A stretch of 64,000 nucleotides of DNA from a virus (lineage: Duplodnaviria; Caudoviricetes). Of the stretch, positions 39,827 through 48,534 are shown in pieces (within the stretch, counting starts at the first letter, position 1; each line of letters opens with the position of its first letter). The DNA lies in the IMG/VR virus record IMGVR_UViG_3300011113_000415; one strand, 5' to 3'. The translations under genes were made by a program, and so were the position numbers. The notes under the pieces were generated by a model. That model saw only the letters and a program-made list of their open reading frames with translations, ran no database searches and was not told where the DNA came from.

Positions 39827-41087
39827 CAAATTTGGTATACTCACGCCGTAGTTTGATTTTATCTGTCAATTTGTATTTTTTTACAAGTTTTAAAAATTCA
39901 AAATAATGTTTACATCGAGATTTTGTCACTTGATTATATGCGGCGTGCAAGTTATTTTTTAACTCACAGTCAATAGAATCCCAAAACTTTTGACTGAAAA
40001 AATGTTTTTTATTAAAGTCGGCAATCTTTTTTGTGTTTTGATAAAAGTTTTCGGCCTGTCTTCCTTGTAAATTTTGTATCTGTTTCATAGCATTTAGGAT
40101 TTTTCCTAGACGTTCAAAAGAATTTTGTTCCAAGTCATAAGATTCGTCTATCCAAGGAGCAAATGTTTTGAATCCGTAATCTCTAAGATATTGCAATGAT
40201 CCAGGACCTGCGGCTAGAATAAAAGGATGACCGCAGGCAATGGCCCTTAACGTTTTTTCAGTAAGGTGCACTCTGCTATCATCAAATACTGTTTCTAAAA
40301 TTACACTTATCTCGGTTGAAATGTAATCACTATAAACATACTCAGAACTTTGAGTACTTGAATACTGATTGTTTGGAATTTTGTCAATTAATTCGGGCTG
40401 TGTTAGATTAAAGGCAGCATTTGCAAATTTGTGCTGAGTGTAATGCACATTATCACTATTAGTGTGCATAATGCTGGTCTGACTTTGAGTATCAAGGCCA
40501 TTGGCTACCAACATCTCTAAAAATTTTAATCTATATTCTCTACGATGACTCCAATCTCTGCAATATATTAAAAATTTCTTTTTTGGAGTACATCTGATGT
40601 TTAATCTAAGGTCATGTTCGGCAAATCTATACCAGTCTCTTGCAATTATTGCATGAGCCCAATAGTACACATCAATAAATCCGTGTTTTTGATATTGAAT
40701 CAAGTCATTTGAATTTTTTTCTGAATGAATAATAATAGCATTATCATAATGTGCGCTGTAAGCCAATAATCTAGATAGCAAATTAAAACTTGCGCTGTAT
40801 TTTAATTTTATTTCGTAAATCGGTGAATCTTTCCAGTCTTTCCAGGGATTTTTCCATTTTTTTGATTCTAAATATATCTGCGGATCATTGTAAAAATTCC
40901 AATCCAATGGTTCTTGATCATGGGCAATTATACCTGGATACTGCCAGTATGCACTAAGGTCATAATCATATAACCAATCTAAATTAGAAATTTTTTTACT
41001 TCCGTGTGGAGAGAATACATAAACTAATGCTGGACCGGGCAACATGTTTGAAATCCAGTGGTATAGATTATCTAAAGGAACGCTCAT
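39762..41087 (-). CDS. putative glycosyltransferase-like protein (TEKT family)
   Basis: ILET..HLTEKTLRAI..GHPFI..GFKTF..WIDESYD; start placed at ATG 41087. Confidence 0.5.
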   Translation of the reverse strand: MSVPLDNLYHWISNMLPGPALVYVFSPHGSKKISNLDWLYDYDLSAYWQYPGIIAHDQEPLDWNFYNDPQIYLESKKWKNPWKDWKDSPIYEIKLKYSASFNLLSRLLAYSAHYDNAIIIHSEKNSNDLIQYQKHGFIDVYYWAHAIIARDWYRFAEHDLRLNIRCTPKKKFLIYCRDWSHRREYRLKFLEMLVANGLDTQSQTSIMHTNSDNVHYTQHKFANAAFNLTQPELIDKIPNNQYSSTQSSEYVYSDYISTEISVILETVFDDSRVHLTEKTLRAIACGHPFILAAGPGSLQYLRDYGFKTFAPWIDESYDLEQNSFERLGKILNAMKQIQNLQGRQAENFYQNTKKIADFNKKHFFSQKFWDSIDCELKNNLHAAYNQVTKSRCKHYFEFLKLVKKYKLTDKIKLRREYTKFARQLRQSYQHDQSSSREDSLV

Positions 41088-42326
41088 ATGGAAAAAATTG
41101 GATTTATTGGGATTGGCAAATTGGGTCTCGATTGTGCCGAAGTCATGGCAGAAAAGCATGAAGTCAGAGGCTACGATATTTACCCACGAGTCAGTGACTC
41201 AGTAAAAGTTTGTGACATTGACGAATTGGTCAACGAAAGCGAATGGATTTTTATCGCTGTACCAACGCCACATGCAGAAGGCTATGATGGATCGGTTCCA
41301 TCAAGTCACATGGAACCTAGAGACTTTGGACACGACGCTGTGATTGACGCCATCAACAAAGTGAATACACATGCTTGTTCACCCAAAAAGGTTGTGTTGA
41401 TTTCCACAGTTCTGCCAGGAACCACACGCCGCAAGTTTTTTCCACTATTAGATCCTCAACATCAATTTTTGTACAATCCTTATCTTATTGCCATGGGATC
41501 GGTCAAATGGGACATGGTCAATCCCGAAATGATCATGATTGGCACAGAAGACGGTGCCTGGAACGGCGTGGCTGGCGAACTTAAAGATTTGTATGACACA
41601 GTGATGCAAAACAATCCACGTTATGAAATTGGCACCTGGGACGAGTGCGAATCAGTAAAGATATTCTATAACACATTTATTTCGGCCAAAGTTGGCCTGG
41701 TAAACATGATTCAAGACTTTGCATTACGTATTGGTAATATTGATGTTGATGTGGTCACAAATGCACTGGCACGAAGCACCATGCGTATCATGGGCCCCAA
41801 GTACATGACAGCCGGCATGGGCGATGCAGGTGCTTGTCATCCTAGAGACAACATTGCCTTGCGCTGGTTGGCAGAAGAATATGACATTGGTTATGATTTG
41901 TTTGACACCATCATGTATGCTAGAGAAATACAAGCAAAGAATCTTGCTCACTTTTTGGTTGATCAAGCCAAAGAACGCGGCATGAGTATTGTGATTCACG
42001 GCAAAGCCTACAAGCCCGATGTACCTTATTGTATTGGATCTTATTCTACCTTGGTTGGACACTATGTTAAAGAAGCAGGGTTTGGTGTGCGATATCTCGA
42101 TCCATTAGCAGATGATCCTACAGAAGTTATTTCTGAATTGGTTGGACCAGTTGTTATACTGTGGGCACACAATCGTAAAATCACGTATGAATACACCGGT
42201 GATCAACCTGATACACTGCCTTATTGTGCTATTCCTCAAGGTTGTGTGATTGTTGATCCATGGCGTAAACTTCCCCAGATTGAAGGACTGACTGTGGTCC
42301 ACTATGGCAACACCCGTAAAAAATAA
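41088..42326 (+). CDS. ugd: UDP-glucose/GDP-mannose dehydrogenase family protein
   Basis: Rossmann GIGKLG, AVPTP, ESVKIFYN, catalytic GACHPRD, AYKPD. Confidence 0.9.
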   Translation: MEKIGFIGIGKLGLDCAEVMAEKHEVRGYDIYPRVSDSVKVCDIDELVNESEWIFIAVPTPHAEGYDGSVPSSHMEPRDFGHDAVIDAINKVNTHACSPKKVVLISTVLPGTTRRKFFPLLDPQHQFLYNPYLIAMGSVKWDMVNPEMIMIGTEDGAWNGVAGELKDLYDTVMQNNPRYEIGTWDECESVKIFYNTFISAKVGLVNMIQDFALRIGNIDVDVVTNALARSTMRIMGPKYMTAGMGDAGACHPRDNIALRWLAEEYDIGYDLFDTIMYAREIQAKNLAHFLVDQAKERGMSIVIHGKAYKPDVPYCIGSYSTLVGHYVKEAGFGVRYLDPLADDPTEVISELVGPVVILWAHNRKITYEYTGDQPDTLPYCAIPQGCVIVDPWRKLPQIEGLTVVHYGNTRKK

Positions 42327-42825
42327 TACCTGGGCCCGCGGGCATGTGGCACCTTGGTGGGGGTTACGTCATCGCGAGTTGGCCTATTTCAACGAAGCAT
42401 TTAATGATCCTGTGAGTCTCAGTGAATGGCGCAGTCTAGGTTATACGCAAAAGAAATTCACAGGGGATATGTACGACATGCGCATGCCCGAGCCCGAATG
42501 GATGCGACAGTTCTCAGATATTTTTCCATTTCAACATCTCAGTTGGAGCGTGTATCGCATGACACCAGGTTGTGTGTTGCCCACGCACAGCGACACTTAC
42601 ACTAGGTTCAAAGAAATATATGCTGTGCCACCTTCAGTCACAGTGGTGCGTACTATTGTGTATCTTGAAGACTGGGCAAGCGGTCACTACGGGGAAATGG
42701 CTGGAGAGCCCATCACAGGATGGCGTGCTGGGGATTGGGTAAGTTGGCATGATGACTTTCCGCACTTGGCAGCCAACATGGGCCGAACAGATCGTTATAC
42801 ATTGCAATTAACAGGAATATTATGA
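42304..42825 (+). CDS. 2OG-Fe(II) oxygenase/cupin-like protein
   Basis: HxD (PTHSD), distal His (PHLAAN) and RYTLQ. Confidence 0.6.
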   Translation: MATPVKNNTWARGHVAPWWGLRHRELAYFNEAFNDPVSLSEWRSLGYTQKKFTGDMYDMRMPEPEWMRQFSDIFPFQHLSWSVYRMTPGCVLPTHSDTYTRFKEIYAVPPSVTVVRTIVYLEDWASGHYGEMAGEPITGWRAGDWVSWHDDFPHLAANMGRTDRYTLQLTGIL

Positions 42826-43733
42826 TATCAAGTGTCAACGAATGGAGTCCATTAAAAAAGATTGTAGTAGGCTCAGCCACTGATGCCAACTGGCCTGTTA
42901 ACGATCCTGTGTTCGCCAAAGAAAGTGAAAAAACAACCTGGAAAGAATCGCCTGTGCCACGTGGACCAGTTCCACAGCGTATAATTGAAGAAACCAATGA
43001 AGATCTAGATGTATTAACCACGACCTTGATGAGTCTAGGCGTCGAAGTTGTACGCCCAGATCCACTCAATTTTCAAGTTCACGATGGCATGTACAATTAT
43101 TGCCCACGTGACAGGCTGCTGGTGTATGGATCCACAGTGATCGATACCGCCATGATGTATCCTTGTAGAGACATGGAATTGCAATGTTATCATGACTTGA
43201 TACAAAATGCTGACGTTGTCCGCATGCCACGTGATCAAGGCATGGTGTTGGATGCAGCCAATGTATGCAGATTGGGCGATCGCATGTTGTTCTTGGAATC
43301 AGCGTCAGGAAATCGTAAAGCATACCAATGGTTGTGTGATAAGTTTCCTGATGTAAGCATAGAACTCTGCAATTTCTATGCTGGGGTGCATATTGATTCA
43401 ACCATTGTTCCGTTACGTGAAGGCCTGGTCATGCTGAATTCTAGCCGTGTGACGTTTGACAATGTACCACATGTGTTTGATGGTTGGCACAAGATCTGGG
43501 TCAACGACGTGGTAGCACAGGACTTCTATAAATATCCTTATGCATCAAAATGGATAGCCATGAACATGTTGGTAGTTGACCCCCACACTGTTATTTGTGA
43601 TCGGAACCAAACTGAATTGATTAAAACTTTACGGAGTTATCGATTTGAAGTCATTCCTCTTGAATTACGTCACAGTCGCACACTAGGCGGCGGATTTCAT
43701 TGTGTTACATTAGACCTGCATCGTGAGTCATGA
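42822..43733 (+). CDS. amidinotransferase (StrB1/AGAT-like)
   Basis: NEWSPLKKIVVG, CPRD, LDAAN, HID, GGGFHCVT. Confidence 0.88.
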   Translation: MISSVNEWSPLKKIVVGSATDANWPVNDPVFAKESEKTTWKESPVPRGPVPQRIIEETNEDLDVLTTTLMSLGVEVVRPDPLNFQVHDGMYNYCPRDRLLVYGSTVIDTAMMYPCRDMELQCYHDLIQNADVVRMPRDQGMVLDAANVCRLGDRMLFLESASGNRKAYQWLCDKFPDVSIELCNFYAGVHIDSTIVPLREGLVMLNSSRVTFDNVPHVFDGWHKIWVNDVVAQDFYKYPYASKWIAMNMLVVDPHTVICDRNQTELIKTLRSYRFEVIPLELRHSRTLGGGFHCVTLDLHRES

Positions 43734-44284
43734 ACATCGCATGGTTGTTTGCTGAAAACACCCTGCTACCTCCTGCCACAGACGTACAGGCCATAAAGAA
43801 TGTGGCACCCATATGGGGATCCTGGCGCACACAACGTGGCTATCAGACAGACAATGTGATCTGCTGGGACTCCGAACAAGCCACCCAGTTGGTGTCACAA
43901 GGTTACGGTGCTATCTGCAATCTGTTCATACACCAGACGGTTTATGATAAATTAGGCAAACCGAACAATGTACGTGTGTTTGGTGGAGAATTTGTGCATG
44001 AGGTAGATTCTCACGATGATGTTGTGGGCATGCACTTGGTGGCCAGCGCCGCAGATGTCATACTCATGGTGGGATTCGACTTTACCGAACCAAAGAATCT
44101 CACAGAATCCCGAACCAATTATCTGGGTCTGGCAGCACAAGTGGTACAAGATCACCCGCGACAGCAGTGGGTCATGATTGATCATCCAACCGAATTAGCC
44201 AAACCGTTCGTAGGGCTGGAAAATATCACTTGCGATTCAATGAAAAATGTGTTACAATTACTGATGTTAAACACAACCGAATAA
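43730..44284 (+). CDS. hypothetical protein
   Basis: ATGA-coupled; contains VGFDF. Confidence 0.55.
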   Translation: MNIAWLFAENTLLPPATDVQAIKNVAPIWGSWRTQRGYQTDNVICWDSEQATQLVSQGYGAICNLFIHQTVYDKLGKPNNVRVFGGEFVHEVDSHDDVVGMHLVASAADVILMVGFDFTEPKNLTESRTNYLGLAAQVVQDHPRQQWVMIDHPTELAKPFVGLENITCDSMKNVLQLLMLNTTE

Positions 44285-44287
44285 TGT

Positions 44288-45316
44288 ATGACTGCTAGAA
44301 TTGGTTTTTGTTGTAAATGGCTCAATGATCCTTCAGAATGCGGGGGCATGAAAGTCAATGCAAAAGATCGTGATCTCAACGGCAGATCAACTACCATGCG
44401 TTGGCTTCGTGAGCACCCTGAAGATGCTGATCAGCGCCAATGGGATATTATGAACCACAATGCCTCAGCCGCGGTGCGATTGATTGAGCGTGTGGCTACC
44501 TTGCCCGAGGGTCGTAGAATGGTACGACTTGGTAGTGAGATGCTACAAGGCTACACTGAACCCAATTGGATTGACTGGTGGCAACGCACAGAAATACAAG
44601 ATCATTGTGCAAAAATTTTTGCACCTGTTGGCGAGGCCGCTAGACGGCTGGGTGTGCGACTGAGTTTTCATCCTGGACAGTTTTGTGTACTGGCCTCAGA
44701 ATCGGACGAAATCGTAGAACGATCAATCTTGGAATTTGAATATCATGTGGACATGGCTCGTTGGATGGGCTATGGTAAGACCTGGCATGATTCGGGATTC
44801 AAGATCAATGTGCATTTATCGGGCAAAGGTGGTCCCGCTAAATTCTTGCAGACACTAGGGCGACTCACGCCTGAAGCAAGAAACTTGATAACCATCGAGA
44901 ATGACGAGATGACAAATGGATTGGACACTACTTTGGCTGTGGCTCAGCATGTGGCTCTTGTGTTGGATTTGCATCATCATTTTATCATGACTGGGGAATA
45001 TATTTCGTCAGATGATGATCGAATTTCTTATATTGTTGACTCTTGGCGCGGTGTCCGTCCTGCACTTCATTACTCACTGAGCCGAGAAGATGAGTTGATT
45101 GACCATGATTCTAAAATTCGACCGAATCTTTCTGAACTTCTGGCCATTGGTCATAAGAAGCAAAAACTTCGAGCACATTCAGACTTTATGTGGAACAATG
45201 CATGCAACGAATGGGCCCTTACTCATTTAGATTGGGCAGATATCCAAGTTGAAGCAAAAGGAAAAAATCTAGCGAGTCAACAATTATTTGAGTTCTGGAA
45301 AGGCCTTGAAAAATAA
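44288..45316 (+). CDS. uvsE: UV-damage endonuclease
   Basis: RLSFHPGQF, INVH, TIENDE, LDLHHH, HYS, RAHSD, VEAKGK. Confidence 0.92.
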   Translation: MTARIGFCCKWLNDPSECGGMKVNAKDRDLNGRSTTMRWLREHPEDADQRQWDIMNHNASAAVRLIERVATLPEGRRMVRLGSEMLQGYTEPNWIDWWQRTEIQDHCAKIFAPVGEAARRLGVRLSFHPGQFCVLASESDEIVERSILEFEYHVDMARWMGYGKTWHDSGFKINVHLSGKGGPAKFLQTLGRLTPEARNLITIENDEMTNGLDTTLAVAQHVALVLDLHHHFIMTGEYISSDDDRISYIVDSWRGVRPALHYSLSREDELIDHDSKIRPNLSELLAIGHKKQKLRAHSDFMWNNACNEWALTHLDWADIQVEAKGKNLASQQLFEFWKGLEK

Positions 45317-45464
45317 ATGTGTTCGATTTTTCAACTTGAAGCAGACTCCTCTACCAACACCTAACTGAATAGATACTTGGTCTGCTGAAATTCCTTTGTT
45401 AAAATAACCTGGCCAGCCAACAGTTGTACGACCAAGCCAATAAATAATCATTTAAGGAGCCAGC

Positions 45465-45761
45465 ATGCGTGAATTTGCGCTGGCGTTCCTATTTTGCTTG
45501 ATCAGCACCATAGCCAACGCTCAAATCAACCTAGACAAACCAGTATACTGTGATTCTGCCACAACAATATTGCAGATAATAAAAGACCGATACCGAGAAA
45601 CACCAGTCTGGATAGGCAGTCAAAGCAGTGGTATCATAATGTTGACCTTGAACGAAACCACACAGTCCTGGACCTTGCTGGAACTCTATGATGAATTGGC
45701 CTGCATACTTGGCACAGGAAAAGCATTCAACACTATGCAAAAAACACGCCCTGTTCTGTAA
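45465..45761 (+). CDS. exported hypothetical protein
   Basis: signal peptide; TAAATA and AAGGAG upstream. Confidence 0.6.
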   Translation: MREFALAFLFCLISTIANAQINLDKPVYCDSATTILQIIKDRYRETPVWIGSQSSGIIMLTLNETTQSWTLLELYDELACILGTGKAFNTMQKTRPVL

Positions 45762-45790
45762 CAAAATTGTAACACACTTTGGCCTAAATA
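45756..45790 (+). promoter_or_regulatory. Pho-box-like repeat plus TAAATA upstream of pstS
   Basis: CTGTAAC-AAAA-TTGTAAC (11-bp period), 11 nt, TAAATA. Confidence 0.7.
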
Positions 45791-45812
45791 ATTGTCTAAC
45801 AAGGAGATTCTA

Positions 45813-46814
45813 GTGAAACAATTATTTGCAATCGTATTAGCGGCATTGACATTATCAGCGTCAGCACAGATCACAGGTGCTGGTGCAACATTTCCATACC
45901 CCATCTACTCAAAGTGGGCAGAACTTTATAACCGGGAAACTGGCGTAACACTCAACTATCAATCCATTGGATCCAGTGGCGGCATTCGTCAAATTGATGC
46001 TAAAACAGTCACCTTTGGTGCCAGTGATGCACCTGTTGCCGGAGACAAGTTGGCCGCAAACGGTCAAGTACAATTTCCAGCAATCATTGGTGGTACAGTT
46101 GCTATTGTTAATTTGGATGGTTTCAAACCAGGCGAACTACGTATCACAGGGCCTGTATTAGCAGAAGTATTTTTAGGCGAAATCTCTAAATGGAATGACC
46201 CAAAGTTAACAGCACTTAACCCGGGTAAAAAATTACCTGACTTGGAAATTACTATTGTGCATCGTGCAGACGGGTCTGGAACAACATTCAACTGGACAGA
46301 TTATTTAACAGCAGTAAGTACCAAGTGGGCTGAGAAGGTAGGTAAAGGTGCCGCAGTCAAATGGCCAGCAGCCTCATCAGTGGGTGGCAAAGGCAACGAA
46401 GGCGTGGCCGCCAACGTACAACGTGTTAAAGGCTCAATCGGCTATGTTGAATATGCTTATGTTAAAAAGAACAACTTGACTTTCTTGCAATTGCAAAATA
46501 AGTCAGGCAAGTATGTTAGTCCAGATGACCTAACATTTGCTGCCGCGGCAGCAGGTGCTGATTGGTTCTCAGTCCCTGGTATGGGCGTGAGTATTGTGGA
46601 TCAAAAGGGCGATACTGTATGGCCCATAAGCACAGCCAGTTTCATCATCATGTACCGAGATCCCGCAGACAAAAAAGCCAGCCAGGACGCACTAAAATTC
46701 TTTGACTGGGCATTCAAGAATGGTAAGAAAGCCGCAGAGGAATTGGATTATGTAGCATTACCTGATAGCCTGACCCGACAAATTCGCGAGCGGGTTTGGA
46801 GTCAGATTAAATAA
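45813..46814 (+). CDS. pstS: phosphate ABC transporter substrate-binding protein
   Basis: GAGATFPYP, YQSIGSSGG, FGASDAP, HRADGSGTT, GKGNEGV; AAGGAG RBS and GTG start. Confidence 0.96.
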   Translation: MKQLFAIVLAALTLSASAQITGAGATFPYPIYSKWAELYNRETGVTLNYQSIGSSGGIRQIDAKTVTFGASDAPVAGDKLAANGQVQFPAIIGGTVAIVNLDGFKPGELRITGPVLAEVFLGEISKWNDPKLTALNPGKKLPDLEITIVHRADGSGTTFNWTDYLTAVSTKWAEKVGKGAAVKWPAASSVGGKGNEGVAANVQRVKGSIGYVEYAYVKKNNLTFLQLQNKSGKYVSPDDLTFAAAAAGADWFSVPGMGVSIVDQKGDTVWPISTASFIIMYRDPADKKASQDALKFFDWAFKNGKKAAEELDYVALPDSLTRQIRERVWSQIK

Positions 46815-46817
46815 ACA

Positions 46818-46860
46818 AACCGAGTGCAACGATAGAGTACTGCTGGAACTCGTAACCAGC
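46818..46860 (+). ncRNA. candidate small structured RNA
   Basis: lies between TAAATA (46808) and a terminator; pairings GCTGG/CCAGC, CGAGT/ACTCG, AGTGC/GTACT. Confidence 0.4.
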
Positions 46861-46892
46861 AAATACCCCATTTTTTTTGGGGTATTTTTTTT
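46861..46892 (+). terminator. rho-independent terminator
   Basis: AAATACCCCA-loop-TGGGGTATTT plus T run. Confidence 0.85.
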
Positions 46893-46917
46893 GTACGTAA
46901 CGATTATAAATATCTGT

Positions 46918-47082
46918 ATGAGTTGGTTCAAAAGAATACCGCACAGATATCCACCCACAACTGCCGCACCCACACCCTATAGGTCCAGCCCTGCTACAGA
47001 TCTAGCACTGGAACAAGCCAAAGCGACCCGCCCAAAATCTCGTAAAAAATCAGTCAAAAAACACCCACTAAATAAGGGATGA
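46918..47082 (+). CDS. small basic Pro-rich protein
   Basis: ATG 5 nt after TATAAATA (46905-46912). Confidence 0.5.
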   Translation: MSWFKRIPHRYPPTTAAPTPYRSSPATDLALEQAKATRPKSRKKSVKKHPLNKG

Positions 47083-47723
47083 AACCCACTATAGCACTGT
47101 TCCTACATCATCCTAGGACTTCGGTGCAGAGTGGAAACGCTGTAATGCAAGCCTTGCGTGAGCATTATCATTTCAAAATATTCACACGCCACGAACTCGA
47201 ATCCGAGTTCTTCAATGATGTAGACTGTGTGGCCTTTCCAGGCGGCATAGGCGATTCAGATTCCTATGACTGGTTGTTCAGAGTCAACGGCCCTGTGATA
47301 CGTAACTACATGGCTCGGGGTGGTAGATATCTTGGCATCTGTATGGGTGCTTACTGGGCAGACGCAGACTACTTTGACATACTAGATGGAGTGCGGGCAG
47401 AACAGTATATTCGAAGACCCGGCACAGACACACGTCGTCCACATGCCAAAGCAGCCAGCATAACTTGGCAAGGCAACCCTGAGCGCATGTATTTTTATGA
47501 TGGCTGTGCCTTGGTGGGTGACGAATCTAGATTTGAAACTGTGGCCAGATATGCCAATGGTGATGCCATGGCCATCATACAAAATCGTGTGGGCCTGATT
47601 GGTTGCCATCCTGAAAGTGTTGAGTTTTGGTACGACAAGAGATATTTAAAACAACATTGGCATCATGGTCGCCATCATCAATTGTTACTAAATTTTGTAA
47701 ATCGATTATTTGTAACAAAATAG
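47079..47723 (+). CDS. class I glutamine amidotransferase-like (BPL_N-type) protein
   Basis: FPGG, YLGICMGAY nucleophile elbow, GCHPE. Confidence 0.75.
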   Translation: MKPTIALFLHHPRTSVQSGNAVMQALREHYHFKIFTRHELESEFFNDVDCVAFPGGIGDSDSYDWLFRVNGPVIRNYMARGGRYLGICMGAYWADADYFDILDGVRAEQYIRRPGTDTRRPHAKAASITWQGNPERMYFYDGCALVGDESRFETVARYANGDAMAIIQNRVGLIGCHPESVEFWYDKRYLKQHWHHGRHHQLLLNFVNRLFVTK

Positions 47724-47744
47724 TCACATGATTTTGCCTAAATA
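47710..47744 (+). promoter_or_regulatory. Pho-box-like repeat plus TAAATA upstream of the plcP-like gene
   Basis: TTGTAAC-AAAA-TAGTCAC, 11 nt, TAAATA; same geometry as the pstS site. Confidence 0.62.
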
Positions 47745-47748
47745 CAGC

Positions 47749-48534
47749 ATGCTGAAAACGTATCGCAGTATTTTTATCAGTGACGTACATCTAGGCACAA
47801 GAGATTGCAAGGCAGAAGAACTCAACAACTTTCTAAAACACAACTCATGCGATACCTTGTATCTTGTGGGTGACATTATAGATGCCTGGAAAATTCAACA
47901 AAACAAATGGCGATGGAAACAAACCCACACCAATGTTGTCCGTCGTGTGCTAGGTCATGCCAAGCGCGGTACTCGTGTGGTATTCATAGCAGGCAATCAC
48001 GACGAGTTTTTAAGACCAATGATACCATATGGATTCAGTTTTGGCTTGATAGAAATTGTCAATCAAACTGAACACATAGGTGTAGATGGTCGGCACTATC
48101 TTGTGGTGCATGGTGACCTGTTTGATGGTATCACAAGACTAGCACCGTGGATTTCATTCTTAGGAGATCGAGCATATGACTTTATTCTTGCGCTTAATAG
48201 CCGATTCAATTGGCTACTGCATCGTTTTGGTATTGGGTACTTTAGTCTTAGCCAGTACCTTAAAAAGCGAGTGAAAAAAGCAGTAGACTTTATTTTTCAC
48301 TTTGAAAAAAATCTAGCCAGTTACTGTCGAAAGCGTGGCTACGATGGTGTTATATGTGGACACATACACCACGCAGAAATAAAAGAAATAGATGGCGTGG
48401 TCTACATGAATGACGGAGACTGGGTAGAGTCATGCACTGCCCTGGTAGAACATCACGATGGACGATGGGAGATTGTAACATGGACACGAAGAAATGACAA
48501 AGAAGATATTAATGGTCACGGACAATGTTCCTGA
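47749..48534 (+). CDS. PlcP-like phospholipase C (LpxH-family metallophosphoesterase)
   Basis: IFISDVHLG, LVGDIIDAW, GNHDEFLR, HGDLFD, ICGHIH, NDGDWVESCTALVE; adjacent GT4 gene. Confidence 0.75.
   Translation: MLKTYRSIFISDVHLGTRDCKAEELNNFLKHNSCDTLYLVGDIIDAWKIQQNKWRWKQTHTNVVRRVLGHAKRGTRVVFIAGNHDEFLRPMIPYGFSFGLIEIVNQTEHIGVDGRHYLVVHGDLFDGITRLAPWISFLGDRAYDFILALNSRFNWLLHRFGIGYFSLSQYLKKRVKKAVDFIFHFEKNLASYCRKRGYDGVICGHIHHAEIKEIDGVVYMNDGDWVESCTALVEHHDGRWEIVTWTRRNDKEDINGHGQCS

Noticed and set aside
46818-46860. HDV-like/theta ribozyme or SAH riboswitch
   Set aside because: There is no room for the P3/L3 element between the stems, and the GAGCGC segment of SAH aptamers is absent.
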